Below are positions 50,039-61,687 of a stretch of 64,000 bases of DNA, one piece after another (the first letter of the stretch is position 1; each line of letters begins with the position of its first letter). A model generated the notes under the pieces. The model searched no databases, was not told the DNA's origin, and saw nothing but the letters and a program-made list of their open reading frames with translations. Source of the stretch: Mobula hypostoma (Eukaryota); the NCBI RefSeq assembly GCF_963921235.1, contig NC_086097.1:111230001-111294000 (forward strand), read 5' to 3'. Made by a program: the position numbers and the translations under genes.

Positions 50039-50092
50039 TCATTGCCTCAGGAAAAGAACAAGTCAGCTCAACTCAAGAAAACCTCTCGATCT
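50039..50092 (+). CDS. LRRFIP2: Candidate LRRFIP2 cassette exon (SLPQEKNKSAQLKKTSRS), no counterpart recalled in the human isoform
   Basis: Pyrimidine-rich acceptor ending TTTGTAG (50038), TCT|GTATGT donor, 54 nt, open in phase 0-0, unique non-repeat sequence. Support is from splice signals only. Confidence 0.55.
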
Positions 50093-50541
50093 GTATGTAA
50101 ACTGATTGTTGTATTGTTTTAAAATCTAATTCATAGACAATATTGTTTATTTTTGTGTGAGACGAAAAGAGAATCCTTAAAATTGCCTTTGCAGGATTTG
50201 GTTTGGAAAGTGAAGTATTTTCTACGTGATCTCAAAATATTTTGTGGTACAGGAATATGTGCAGCCGCTGTCTATGTATGTTTTATGTGTATACCAAGAG
50301 ACTGCAGTTTCTTTTAATTAGCTGGGATCGCTTCAGGTTTTCTTATTGAACACAAAAAGTATACCATGCTAGAAATGGTAACTATATTAACAAGATTATA
50401 TAAGTGCTCGGCTACAGCAAAGAGCTGAAGCTGTAAAAATATTTTTGAAGTATATGAATGAAAATGTTCTCCATTACATTGCAATTCTTGCACAATTTAG
50501 ATAAGGTAGTTGAAAAATCTTCAGTTACTTAAAACTACATG

Positions 50542-50633
50542 CGAACTACACACTGATGAGGGAGAGGGAGAGGTGGAGAGTCCGTCATCGTGCCCGACGC
50601 CGGCCCCCTAGGCCTGAATCGACGTAGTAGTAG
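50542..50633 (+). mobile_element. Extremely 5'-truncated RTE/RTEX-like LINE 3' end
   Basis: LMRERERWRVRHRARRRPPRPEST* followed directly by a (GTA)n tail; TACATG duplication at 50536-50541 and 50634-50639; CpG-rich. Confidence 0.65.
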
Positions 50634-50962
50634 TACATGTGAATCACATAATCTGGCCCATTGTATGGAATACAGGTTAAGACAATACTTGAGACAAGTC
50701 TTCATGCAATCTCAGACCAAGGGGTTCAGGCTGTCTATCAAATTGATAGAAACAAAGAGACAATATAGTAATTAAGTTATCAAGTATGCAGATGGCCCTT
50801 GCAATTTGAATAATAAGGACAAGAAATTCCTTCCTCCCTCCTGCATGCTATGCCTTTTTTCAGCTTCCCAAAAATGTGGCTGATGAGAGGGAGAAAACTC
50901 TTTCCCTTGGAGAAGGTAAGAAAAGTCCAGGAGATCAGTTCAAGTAAATACACAGTGGCTCT

Positions 50963-51037
50963 AAATCCACTCAGAAGTTCACTTAGAAATCCATTTAGAT
51001 GGAATCCACTTAGAAATTCACTTAGAAATCTATTTAG
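50963..51037. repeat. Degenerate 12-bp minisatellite, about 6 units (consensus AAATCCACTTAG)
   Basis: AAATCCACTCAG AAGTTCACTTAG AAATCCATTTAG atg GAATCCACTTAG AAATTCACTTAG AAATCTATTTAG. Confidence 0.8.
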
Positions 51038-51778
51038 TAGATACCAAAATGATATGATTTCTGTTATAGCCAAGAACAAGCCTGGCTCTGTTCTGAAGAT
51101 CTGAAAGGTCTTGATGGGCACTATATAACCTGGATGTGTAAATTGATAGCAGTTAAAACTACTTGTAGGAATCTAACATTGAAAATATTATTTTGGATTG
51201 AAAGGACCAAATAATTGGTGGTTACATTAAACTTTTGCACCTTGTGTAATCTAAAAATCAATGGGTTTTAATAATGACACAATTAAATTCTAATACTCAT
51301 ATTGAAATCTGATAAGGATATTCTGTCGTTTTAAATTTACTTGATTAATCAATAATTGTTGATTTAAAATATTAATGTTTAGATGGTAATTTTGAGACAG
51401 GAATACATTTGTTTTTATTTATGTTTCAGTGCTAGAGCTCAGTGAACAGTGATGCTCAGGTAGCCAGGGAGAAGCTCTCCACAGGTCCACCCCAGGTTAC
51501 AGCAGATTCTGTTCCTTTTTATAGCCTGGTCTCCCACATGCTCTTAGTATGTAATGCACAGTACACAAGTTGAGAAGTCATAAACTTGGGAGGACTTGTA
51601 TTTGCTGATTTCTTGGGTAGTTAACCCTTTGCCATGATTCATTGTAAATCTGCCATATATGTTTTATTATTTATTCTATTTTCTCCATTTTATGATATTT
51701 GTTGAATTGATGTCCATAAGTCTTATGATTTATTATTTTGAAAATATTAAAGTTTTTTCTCTTTAATTTGCTTTTCAG

Positions 51779-51853
51779 AGTGGAATATCTCATGACAAAA
51801 TGAAGTACAGCATCTTACCTAGCTCTAACTCCTTCTCTTCCTTTTATACTCGG
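51779..51853 (+). CDS. LRRFIP2: LRRFIP2 coding exon (SGISHDKMKYSILPSSNSFSSFYTR)
   Basis: TTTGCTTTTCAG acceptor, CGG|GTCTGT donor, 75 nt; same length and anchor residues as recalled SGLYFDQRNYSSLRHSKPTSAYYTR. Confidence 0.85.
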
Positions 51854-53754
51854 GTCTGTCCTTCTATTTTTGCCTTGTTACTTAATGTAAAGTTTGTTTT
51901 CTTTCTGACTCTATTTTGGGAGACTTTGCTTTGACTACCATTGCAATGGCTCTTTTCCATTTGGAGGTCTGTTTACAAATTAGCTGAAACTTGCAATTTT
52001 AAATTCTGGTTCTGAGTTCTATAAATGGGTAGAGACCAAGAAAAGCTGTGAATATCCATAAGGCATATTTTTGAGAAAGGCTAGATATTTCTGTAATAAT
52101 ATATATGCTTTTGCTTCTTCATGTGGAAAGATTTTAGACAGCTTTGAACATAATTTCAAACATGATGGCTATAAATGGTGTTATTCAGCTGCATATTGCT
52201 TTTGTTGATGTTTTCTTGGGCTAAAATCATATCCAATATGATGTGTGTTAGTGTCATACAGCTTGGGAAGGGGCACTTTGACCTACTGTATCCATGCCAA
52301 CTTTCAAGCACTCATCTACACTAATTCCACCATTCCTCTTGCATCTCTTCCTCAACCTGATTCTCCTACCACCCACCCTCACCAGGGACTGTTTACAAAT
52401 GTTAATTAGTCTACAAATCAGAACTTCTTTGACGTGAGCGGGAAACTGAAGCCCCTTGGGAAACCCACTCAATCATGTCGAATAGTGAGACTCTGTACAA
52501 ACAGCAGCTAAGATAAAGTTCATAACCTGAGTGTCTAGAGCTGTACAGCATCAGCTGTGCCTCTTTCCTGCCCTACCACTGGAGTATATTTGAAATAATT
52601 CGAGTCACTATGAATTTCTTTGTCCATAAGAACTTAAGTCCATAAATTAGACTTAAGTTTGCAATTGAGGGACAACTGTTAGTGATACAGTGAAGCACCA
52701 GGGATTGGAAACTGTTGCATTTTGAGCTTCCAGTTATTGTCTAAGTGCTGTTAGTTTACTTTTACAAATCCTTGAGTATATGCCCATTTGCCCTCTCACT
52801 TGTGATCGGGGTCTCGGCCTGAGGCGTCGACTGCGCCTCTTCCTGTGGATGCTGCTTGGCCTGCTGCGTTTACCAGCAACTTTGATGTATGATCCTATTT
52901 CATTGTCTTTTTTCTAATTAGGAATTCATTAGCAGAACTATCAGCTCATCAACCACTATAATTTCTTCCTCAGGCTTTTTATAATGCTAAGCCCATGAAT
53001 GCAGTTGTAAACGTAACTTTGCTGGATCAAATAACGACAGCACAAAAAGATGGTTACTTATCTTTTCACCCGTTTATTTCTTCGAGCTCAGCCGGCGAGT
53101 GAACTTAGACCCGACGTCAGGGAGAGACCCTTTCTCATCTCCCCGGCGGTTCTGCAAGTTCACTGCCCGATGTTAGAATTGTCAGAAGTTATAAGGCCAC
53201 CGATACAAAAGAACAATCAGTTTGATAACTATTCCGGTCAAGTCAATGGACTATTGATACAAAAGTACAATCAATTTGTTAGACACTCCAGCCACCTTAA
53301 TTAAAGAAAAGAATGTCCTACCTGGTTTGCTGGAGCCACAACTTAATTACAAAGATAAGAACATCTGTCAAGTATATGCTTCAATTAAGAAAGGAATGTT
53401 CTGTCTAATTTCCATCAGGTACTGCTTTTTGTCAAAATCAAAAGGCATGAAATCATATCTGTGAAAAGCTCAGAGACATCTATGTGGATCTGGGCAAACT
53501 TTAATCATCTTGCTCCAAAGAAGGCAGCTGTGAGACATTATTCAAACACACTGCAGTTACAGACATAGTCAGTACTGAATCCATTGTTTACAGGAATCTT
53601 GAGAATCCCCCATTCCCTTAAACTGATAGGATAGATGTGAATAATTGGCTACTTGAAATGATTCAATCCGCTGGTTTGAAAAATATTTCAGTTATGAGAT
53701 GCCCACATCTCCACAAATGCCTTGCTTTAATACAGATTCATGGTACAGCACAAG

Positions 53755-55319
53755 AACACCGGGACTGGACGGGATGTACCCCAGGCTACTGTGGGAAATG
53801 AGGGAAGAAATTGCTGAGCCTCTGGCAATGATCTTTGCATCATCAATGAGGACAAGAGAGGTTCCGGAGGATTGGAAGGTTGCGAGTGTTGTTCCCTTCT
53901 TCAAGAAAGGGGGTAGAGATTGTCCAGGAAATTATAGACCAGTGTGACTTACTTCAGTGGTTTGTAAGTTGATGGAGAGGATCCTGAGAGTCAGGATTTA
54001 TGAACATTTGGAGAGGCATAATATGATGAGGAATAGTCAGCATGGCACTGTGAAAGGTAGGTCGTGCCTTACAAGCCTGATTGCATTTTTTGAGGATGTG
54101 ACTAAACATATTGATGAGGGTAGAGACGTGGGTGTAGTGTATATGGATTTCAGCAAGGCATTTGATAAGGTACCCCATGCCAGGCTTATTAAGAAAGTAA
54201 GGAGGCATGGGATCCAGGGGGATATTGCTTTGTGGATCCAGAACTGGCTTGTCCACAGAAGGCAAAGGGTGGTTGTAGATGGGTCATATTCTGCATGGAA
54301 GTCGGTCACCAGTGGTGTGTCTCAGGGAGTGCCTCAGGGATCTGTTCTGGGACCCCTACTCTTCATGATTTTTATAAATGACCTGGATGAGGAAGTGGAG
54401 GGATGGGTTAGTAAATTTGCTGATGACATAAAGGTTAGGGGTGTTGTGGATAGTGTGGAGGGCTGTCAGAGATTACAGCGGGACATTGATAGGATGCAAA
54501 ACTGGGCTGAGAAATGGCAGATGGAGTTCAACCCAGATAAGTGTGAGGTGGTTAATTTTGGTAGGTCAAATATGATGACAGAATATAGCATTAATGGTAA
54601 GATTTTTGGCGGTGTGGAGGATCAAAGGGACCTTGGGGTCCGAGTCCATAGGGTACTTAAAGCTGCTATGCAGGTTGACTCTGTGGTTAAGAAGGCATAC
54701 AGTGCATTGGCCTTCATCAACCGTGGATTGAGTTTAAGAGCTGAAGAGGTAATGTTGCAGCTCTATAAGATCCTGCTCAGACCCCACTTGGAGTACTGTG
54801 CTCAATTCTGGTCGCTTCACTGTAGGAAGGATGTGGAAACTATAGAAAGGGTGAGAGGAGATTTACAAGGATGTTGCCTGGATTGGGGAGCATGCCTTAA
54901 GAGAATAGGTTGAGTGAACTCGGCCTTTTCTCCTTGGAGCAACGGAGGATGAGAGCTTGCCTGATAGTGGTGTACAAGATAATGAGAGGCATTGATCGTG
55001 TGGATAGTCAGAGGCTTTTCCCCAGGGCTGAAATGGCTAGCATGAGAGGGCATAGTTTTAAGATGCTTGGAAGTAGGTACAGAGGAGATGTCAGCGGTAG
55101 GTTTCTTACGCAGAAGGTGGTGAGTGCGTGGAATGGGCTGCCAGCAGCGGTGGTGGAGGCGGAACCGATAGGGTCTTTTAAGAGACTCCTGGATAGGTAC
55201 ATGGAGCTTAGAAAAATAGAGGGCTATGGGAAAGCCTAGGTAGTTCTAAGGTAAGGACATATTCGGCACAGCTTTGGGCCGAAGGGCCTGTACTGTGCTG
55301 TAGGTTTTCCATGTTTCTA
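53755..55319 (+). mobile_element. CR1 LINE, 5'-truncated RT region
   Basis: ORFs 53699..53947 (PGLDGMYPRLL...NYRPV), 53957..54913 (YMDFSKAFDKVPH, GVPQGSVLGP, KFADD) and 54910..55239; ends with a CCATGTTTCTA tail. Confidence 0.93.
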
Positions 55320-56338
55320 ACAAACATCTCAGCTCAGGATCTCTGTGCTGACCATGATGACAAATTAATGAAACCTATCATCTATATTCCGCCATTTCTT
55401 ATCCCCTTACATTCGTCCTCCCAAAGTGCAACACTTCACGTTGCCCGGATTAAACTCCATCTGACTTCTTCAGTCAGGTTCAGCAGCTGGTTTATATCCT
55501 GCAGTATCCTTTGACAGTCTTTTTTACTCTCACGACTCTGCTCATTTTTGTGTCATTTACAAACTGTAATCAGCCCATTACACTTCCTCCCAAGTCATAT
55601 ATCACAAATAATAGAGGTCCCAGCACTGATTCCCAGAGAACACTACTGGTCACAGAATAACACTTCACTACTACCCCTTGTTTTCTAGGACCAAGCCAAT
55701 TTTGAATGTGATGTACCAATGGAGCATGGATCTCATGCAACTTAATCCAATGCACCTACTTTTGTTAGCATAGGACAGTACGATGCAGAATAAGGCTCTT
55801 TAACCATAGTATCGATGCCAACCTTGGTGCCATTTTATCAAATCCCATTTTCTGTCTGTATCCCTCAACTCCATGTCTATTCAGGCATCTACCACCTCCC
55901 CGGCAGCATGTTGTGGGCACCTACCACTCTTAATGTAAAACGAAAAAAAAATTGCCTCACATATCTCCTTTAAATTTTTCCCTGAACACTTTAAAGCTAT
56001 ACTCACTAGTATTTCTCATTTCCACTCGGGGGGGGGGGGGATTCTAACCATCTACCCATCTGTGCCTCTCATAAATGTATATACTTCTATCAGGTCACCA
56101 CTCAACCTTTGATGCTTCTGAGAAAACAGACCAGTTTTTTCCAACCTCACCTTGTAATTAATGCTTTGTAATCTGAGCAACATCGTGGTGAGCCACTTCT
56201 ACACCACTTTAACAAATACTATTTTAAGACATGAAAAAAATATTGCTTTTCATGTGATATAACAGGGTTGCTGGTCTTTTGCATAATTGAGAATGTGTTC
56301 ATTCATTTTGATTCACCATTCTTTAATTTCCAATTTAG

Positions 56339-56386
56339 CCTTCCTCTCCTTATAGTGCTTTAACTACAATAGCCAAGAGTTACAGG
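56339..56386 (+). CDS. LRRFIP2: LRRFIP2 short coding exon (PSSPYSALTTIAKSYR)
   Basis: TTTAG acceptor, AGG|GTTGGT donor, 48 nt; matches recalled QSSSLYSDPLATYKSDR. Confidence 0.8.
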
Positions 56387-56469
56387 GTTGGTAGAATTCA
56401 TTGATCATATTTTTACAGTGAAATTAATAATAATGCTTAACTTGTATAAACACATCTTTCCTTATTTAG

Positions 56470-56508
56470 GCATCTTCTAACATTGGTCTAATTCGAAGTC
56501 AGAGTTTG
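56470..56508 (+). CDS. LRRFIP2: LRRFIP2 short coding exon (ASSNIGLIRSQSL)
   Basis: CTTTCCTTATTTAG acceptor, TTG|GTTGGT donor, 39 nt; matches recalled ASPTANSGLLRSASL. Confidence 0.83.
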
Positions 56509-57029
56509 GTTGGTATACTTCTGTTCTGCATGGGCTGCAGATGAAATCTTGAGGAATGTTGATTGTTTATAACAATAATAGTGCTTCTAAAGCAGAGTTT
56601 TTTTTAATGCCTGCAAAGACCAATGAAGCACTTGGCATTAAGGCAACAATAGTAAAGAATGGTTGTTTGTGATCACCAGCACGAGCTTGTGGTGTGCTTA
56701 TTGCAGTATTTGAGGTGTTCTCTTATTTTTTAGAGCACAAATGTCTATTCTCGTGTCAGATTTTGTAGTCATACAGCACAGAAACAGGCCCTTTGTCCGT
56801 GCAGATCAAGATGTCTACCTGCTTGTGTCTCATTTGGTTGCATTTGACTTGTATCTCTCCATATCTTTCCTGTCAGTGTACATATTCAAATGACTATTAA
56901 ATGTCATAATTGCATCTGTCTCTGTGCTTTCTCTGGCAGCTCATTCCATATACCCATCAACCTCTGTTTGAAGCTTTCCCTCCAAACCCTATGTCTGTTT
57001 TAAATCTTTCCACTCTCCTTAAACCATGA

Positions 57030-58400
57030 TATCGCTATTGGTTTATTACTGTCACATGTACTACGATACAGTGAAAAGCTTGTCTTGCATATTATTCATA
57101 CAGACCAAATTGTTACACAGTGCATTGAACTAGAATAAGATAAACAAAAACAATGCAGTGTAAAACATACTGGAAAAAGTGCAGTGCAGGTAAATGTTAA
57201 AGTGCAAGATTATAATGAAGTAGATTGTGAGGCCAAAAGTCCTCCTTATGATACTAGAGATCTGTTCAGGAGTCTGATAACAGTGGGATACAAACTGCCC
57301 TTGAACTTGGTTCTGTATCCTTTCAGACTTTTGTGTTTTCTGCTCAATAGGAGAGAGGAGAAGAGAGAATACCCAGGGTGGCTGTGGCCTTTGAATATCC
57401 TGGTTGATTTATTGAGGCAGGTTGAAGTATGTACAGAATCCATAGAGGATGGTTCCTGTGATGAGCTGAACTGCGTTCACAACTCTGCGGTTTCTAATGG
57501 TTGCATGCAGAGCAGTTGCCATAGTAAGCCAGTGAGCCAGTGAGCATCCATGCATTCTATTTTCTATAGTGCGTTGATAAAAAATGGTTAGATTCGATGA
57601 GGACCTGCCAGATTTCTTTAGCCTCCCAAGGAAGTAGAGCTTTTGATGAGCGTTGATGAGCTTTTTTGTCCGTGACATCAACATATGGATCAGGACAGTC
57701 TATTGCTGTTGTTCATAGCTAGGAATTTGAAGCTCTCAGCCCTCTCAACTTCAACACAGGAACATATGCACTGCCTTCCTTTCTGAATCTGAAGCGAATG
57801 ACCAGCTGTATTGTTAACATTGAGGAAAAAGTTGTTGCCATGACCACCATGTTACCAAGCTCTCTTTCTCTTTCTTGTACTCCAACATCATTATTTCTGA
57901 AGCAGGCCAGTACAGCAGTATCATCTGCAAACTTCTAGGTGAGAGTTAGAACAGAATTTGACCATGCAGTTATGTGTGTACAAGGAATAGAGTGGGGGCT
58001 GAGGACACATCTTGTGGAGCAGTGTTTAGAATAATCATGGAGGAGGTGTTTATTTCTATCCTTCCTGATTCCAGTCTGGTCAGAAAGTCAAGGATCCAGT
58101 TGTAGAGGGAGCCATTAACCCCCATGCAAAAGTTTGATGAGTTTCCTTGGAATAGTAGTATCGAAGACAAAACTGTAGTCAATAAGCAGAAGGCTTATTA
58201 TATAGGTGTCTTTATTGTCCAGATGTTTCAAAGATGAGTGTAGGGCCAGGGAGATGACATCTGCCATAGACGTGTTTCCGTGGGAGGCATATTACAATGG
58301 GTTGAGGATGGAAAGTTGGAGTCGATGCATGCCATGACCAGCCTCCTGAAGTACTTCATGGTGGTAGATGTTAAAGCCATAGATGTTAAAGTAGTAGTCA
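57030..58400 (-). mobile_element. Rex1/Babar LINE, decayed
   Basis: ORFs 57246..57443 (SHPGYSLFSSLLLSRKHKSLK...YPTVIRLLN), 57409..57684 (AHQKLYFLGRLKK) and 57970..58182 ([11 protein letters not shown]). Confidence 0.75.
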
Positions 58401-58439
58401 TTAAGGCACTTTATTTTGTTGATAAGGTGCCTTAATGAC

Positions 58440-59760
58440 CAGGTTGATACTATCCCTCTAGTTTTGAATCCACCTACCCTGGGTAAAACTATGCCTCTCT
58501 TCTTTTTATTTCTGCCTCTCATGATTTTATGTAACTCTATAGGGTCATTCCTCAGCTGTCTATGCTTCAGCAGGGAAAATTCCCAGTCTATCTAGCCTCT
58601 TCTTGTAATTCAAACTCTCCGATCCTGGTAACAATCTTGTAAATAATTTTTGGACCCTTTCTGGTTTAACATTATCTTGTCAGTGTCTTAGACAACTGTA
58701 ACATGAGGCCCCAACTCCTATATTCAATATCCTGAGTGATGAAAGGAATCATACCACATACCCATATATAATCTTTGTCACCCTGTCTACCTGTGTCACC
58801 ACTTTCAAGGAACTATATACCTGAACCCTAAGGTCTCTGTTCTATAATGCTCCCCAGGGCCCTACTGGTACTAGATAATCCATGCCCTGGTTTGCCATCC
58901 CAAGATATAATACTGCACACTTTCCAGAGTTAGCTTCTAGATCCTGTTGTAATCTTAGATAACATTCTTCACTGTTCACTATACCACTAATTTTGGTGAC
59001 ATCCACGAACTAGCTAACCATGTTATCTACCCTCTCCTCAAGTTCATTATTATAGATGAAAAATAAAAAGCACCATTGCATTGGTCAGTCTCCAATCTGG
59101 AAAAAAACTACTGTCCACTACCACCCCTTGACCCTACCACCAAACAAATTTGGTATCCAATTGGATTGGTCACCCTGGATCCTATGTGATATATCTTACT
59201 AGACCAACCTACCATGAATGACTTTGTCAAAGCTTGCTCAAGTCCACAGCAATCGTCTTTATCATGCCTGCAAAAAATCTTTTAATCAAATTTGTGAGAC
59301 ACCATTTCCCATGCCCAAAGCCATGCTATCACGAAGCGGTCCTTGCCTTTCCAAATGCAGACGTATTCTGTCTCCCATAATCCCCTCCAGTAACTTTCTC
59401 ACCACGATGTCCTAGGATACAGTTGGTCATGGTCTGGAGATAAATAATTATTTAACTTTCTGTCCTTAAAGAATGTCAGCACCTGCTGTTTTGTAATGTA
59501 GATCTATTTCAAGATATCATTATCTTCTCTGTATTCCCGGGTCTCCTTGTCTTTCTTTCTGGTAAATACAGACAAGTGATATTTATTCACAGCCTTGCCC
59601 TTCGCCTGTGGCTTTATATCATAGGTGACTATGTTTACTCTTTAAGGGATCTCTTCGGATTCTTTACTTACCTATCAAGCTATGCCATGTCCTCTTTTTG
59701 CCCTTCTGATTGCCCGTTGATGTGTGCTCCTCCTACATCCCTTGCAGTTAATCCCAAATG
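58440..59760 (-). mobile_element. CR1 LINE, decayed
   Basis: Antisense CR1 hallmarks (CCCTGGATCCTATG = HRIQG; CCAAAGCCATGCT = QHGF; ATCCCCTCCAGTAACTT = KLLEGI). Confidence 0.65.
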
Positions 59761-60859
59761 ACATATGCCTCCTTTTTCCTGACCAGAGCTTGATTATCCT
59801 TCAGCAACCAGGATTCCCTAAACATGCCAGAGGACTAACTAACCAAGGGCTGAAAAGAATGTTTAATAGACGTTATTGTCATTCACAACATAACGGTGGA
59901 CAACTGTTTTAGTCCACAAACAAAATGTGCTATAGTAGGCTTAAGGGCAAGTGGATATTCATAGGCTTGGGGCCTCTATTCAATGGTGTCTGTTAACTAA
60001 TCATTTCCTAGCAATATGCCCCATAATCAAGAAAAACTGCAACAACTAAGTTGTTTCAGAATGTATAATAGAAGGGAACAGGAAAGCGCAGGTGCTTAAA
60101 TTAGGAAGAGAGAGGACTAGATATGTAGAAGAATAAATAATTTTTCAAATTAAAGAGTATCAAGAATTCTTGAACTCATTCTGAGCATAATTGAATTCTG
60201 ATTTTATAACGAAATATGTTTTATTAAATTGTCTTCATTGTACTTACTGTTGGAGTATTATTTGACAATTGAGGCCCAGAATTTTTTGCAGAGTTGGTGC
60301 TTGTCAATTTTACCTTGACTACATCCCCCGATGAAGGTTATGAAAGCATCTAAATATGTAGTGCATTCCAGTTATTAATACCACAGAGGTGTGTCTGTTC
60401 TGGTAGAACTACATCACCATTCTGAACCATTCATCTGACTGCCCTTCTATTTGATTTCCATAATTATTCAGCAACTACTTGGAGATGTTAACATACTATG
60501 ATTATTAGAATGAAAAGTTATAAACATTCAATAATTACATTTAAATGCATGTGAAACTAATTGAAACAGGTCACTCACTCCCTTGTCTTTTCCCCTCTAT
60601 TCAAATGAATATAATTGCTGGACCTGTGAAAGACCTAATGATAAAGCAGAGAAAATATAATACAGATTCATACAAGTTATAGAGTTATACAGCACAGAAA
60701 TATGCCCTTCAGCCCAAATATTCTGTGCTGACGTAAGATGCCACATCGAAACTATTTAAATTTCTCAGTGTTTGGCCCATAATCTTCTAAACCTTTCTAA
60801 TCTATGTACCTGTCTAACTTCTACATATCTACATTTCTCGTAATTGCACCTGCCTCAGA

Positions 60860-61552
60860 GCCCATGTCAGTCCATGGCCTCCTATTGTGACAAAATGAAG
60901 CCACCCTCAGGGTGGAGGAGCAACACCTTAGCCTCCAACCTGATGGCATGAATATCGATTTCTCCTTCTGGTAAAATAGATTTTCCCTACACCTCCCCTC
61001 TTCTTCTATTCCCTACTCTGGCCTCTTACCTCTTCTCACCTGCCTATCTGGTTCCCTCCTCCTTCCCTTTCTCCTATGGTCTATTCTCCTCTCCTATCAG
61101 ATTCCTTCCTCTCCAGCCCTTTACCTTTCCCACTGCCTCACTTCACCCTCTAGCTATCCTTTTTCCCTTTCCAGCACTCACAACACGCTGGAGGAACTCA
61201 GCAGGTCGGGCAGCATCCGTGGAAACAATCAGTCAACACTCAGTCCTGACGAAAGGTTCCGGCCCAAAATGTTGACTGATCGTTTCCACGGATGCTGCCC
61301 GACCTGCTGAGTTCCTCCAGCGTGTTGTGAGTGTTGCTTTGACCCCAGCATCTGCAGAGTATTTTGTGTTTACTTTTTCCCTTTCCTCCCACCTTATTGT
61401 CTTCACCTTTCCTTTCCAGTCCTGATGAAGGGTCTCGGCCTGAAATGTCAGCTGTTGATTCGTTTCCATAGATACTGCCTGACCTGCTGTGTTCCTTCAG
61501 CATTTTGTGTGTGTTGCTTTTGTTTTCTAGCATCTGCTGAATTTCTTGTGTT
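60860..61552 (+). mobile_element. Penelope-like 3' terminus containing a nested second terminus (61172-61372) with an inverted tail
   Basis: RVEEQHL.SLQPDGMNIDFS end of the GIY-YIG ORF; pyrimidine-rich UTR; two hammerhead-like motifs; 13-bp duplication CTTTTTCCCTTTC at 61159-61171 and 61373-61385. Confidence 0.8.
61417..61454 (+). ncRNA. Minimal hammerhead ribozyme-like motif (major Penelope family), partly decayed
   Basis: CAGUC-CUGAUGA-A-GGGUCUCGGCCU-GAAA-U-GUC-AGCUG. Core boxes are intact; helix I 3' strand and the ACGU palindrome are mutated relative to the consensus from other copies. Confidence 0.55.
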
Positions 61553-61687
61553 TCTAATGATGAACCTATCGACCTCCGCTTTAAATATGCCCAATGACTT
61601 GGCCTCCACAGCCATCTTTGGTAATGAATTGCACAGATTCACTAGACTCTGGGTAAATAAATTCCTCCTCATCTCCGTTCTAAGGTA

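Noticed and set aside
50963..51037. CRISPR-like array or other prokaryotic system
   Set aside because: Units are adjacent with no unique spacers, there are no cas genes, and the window is clearly vertebrate intronic DNA.
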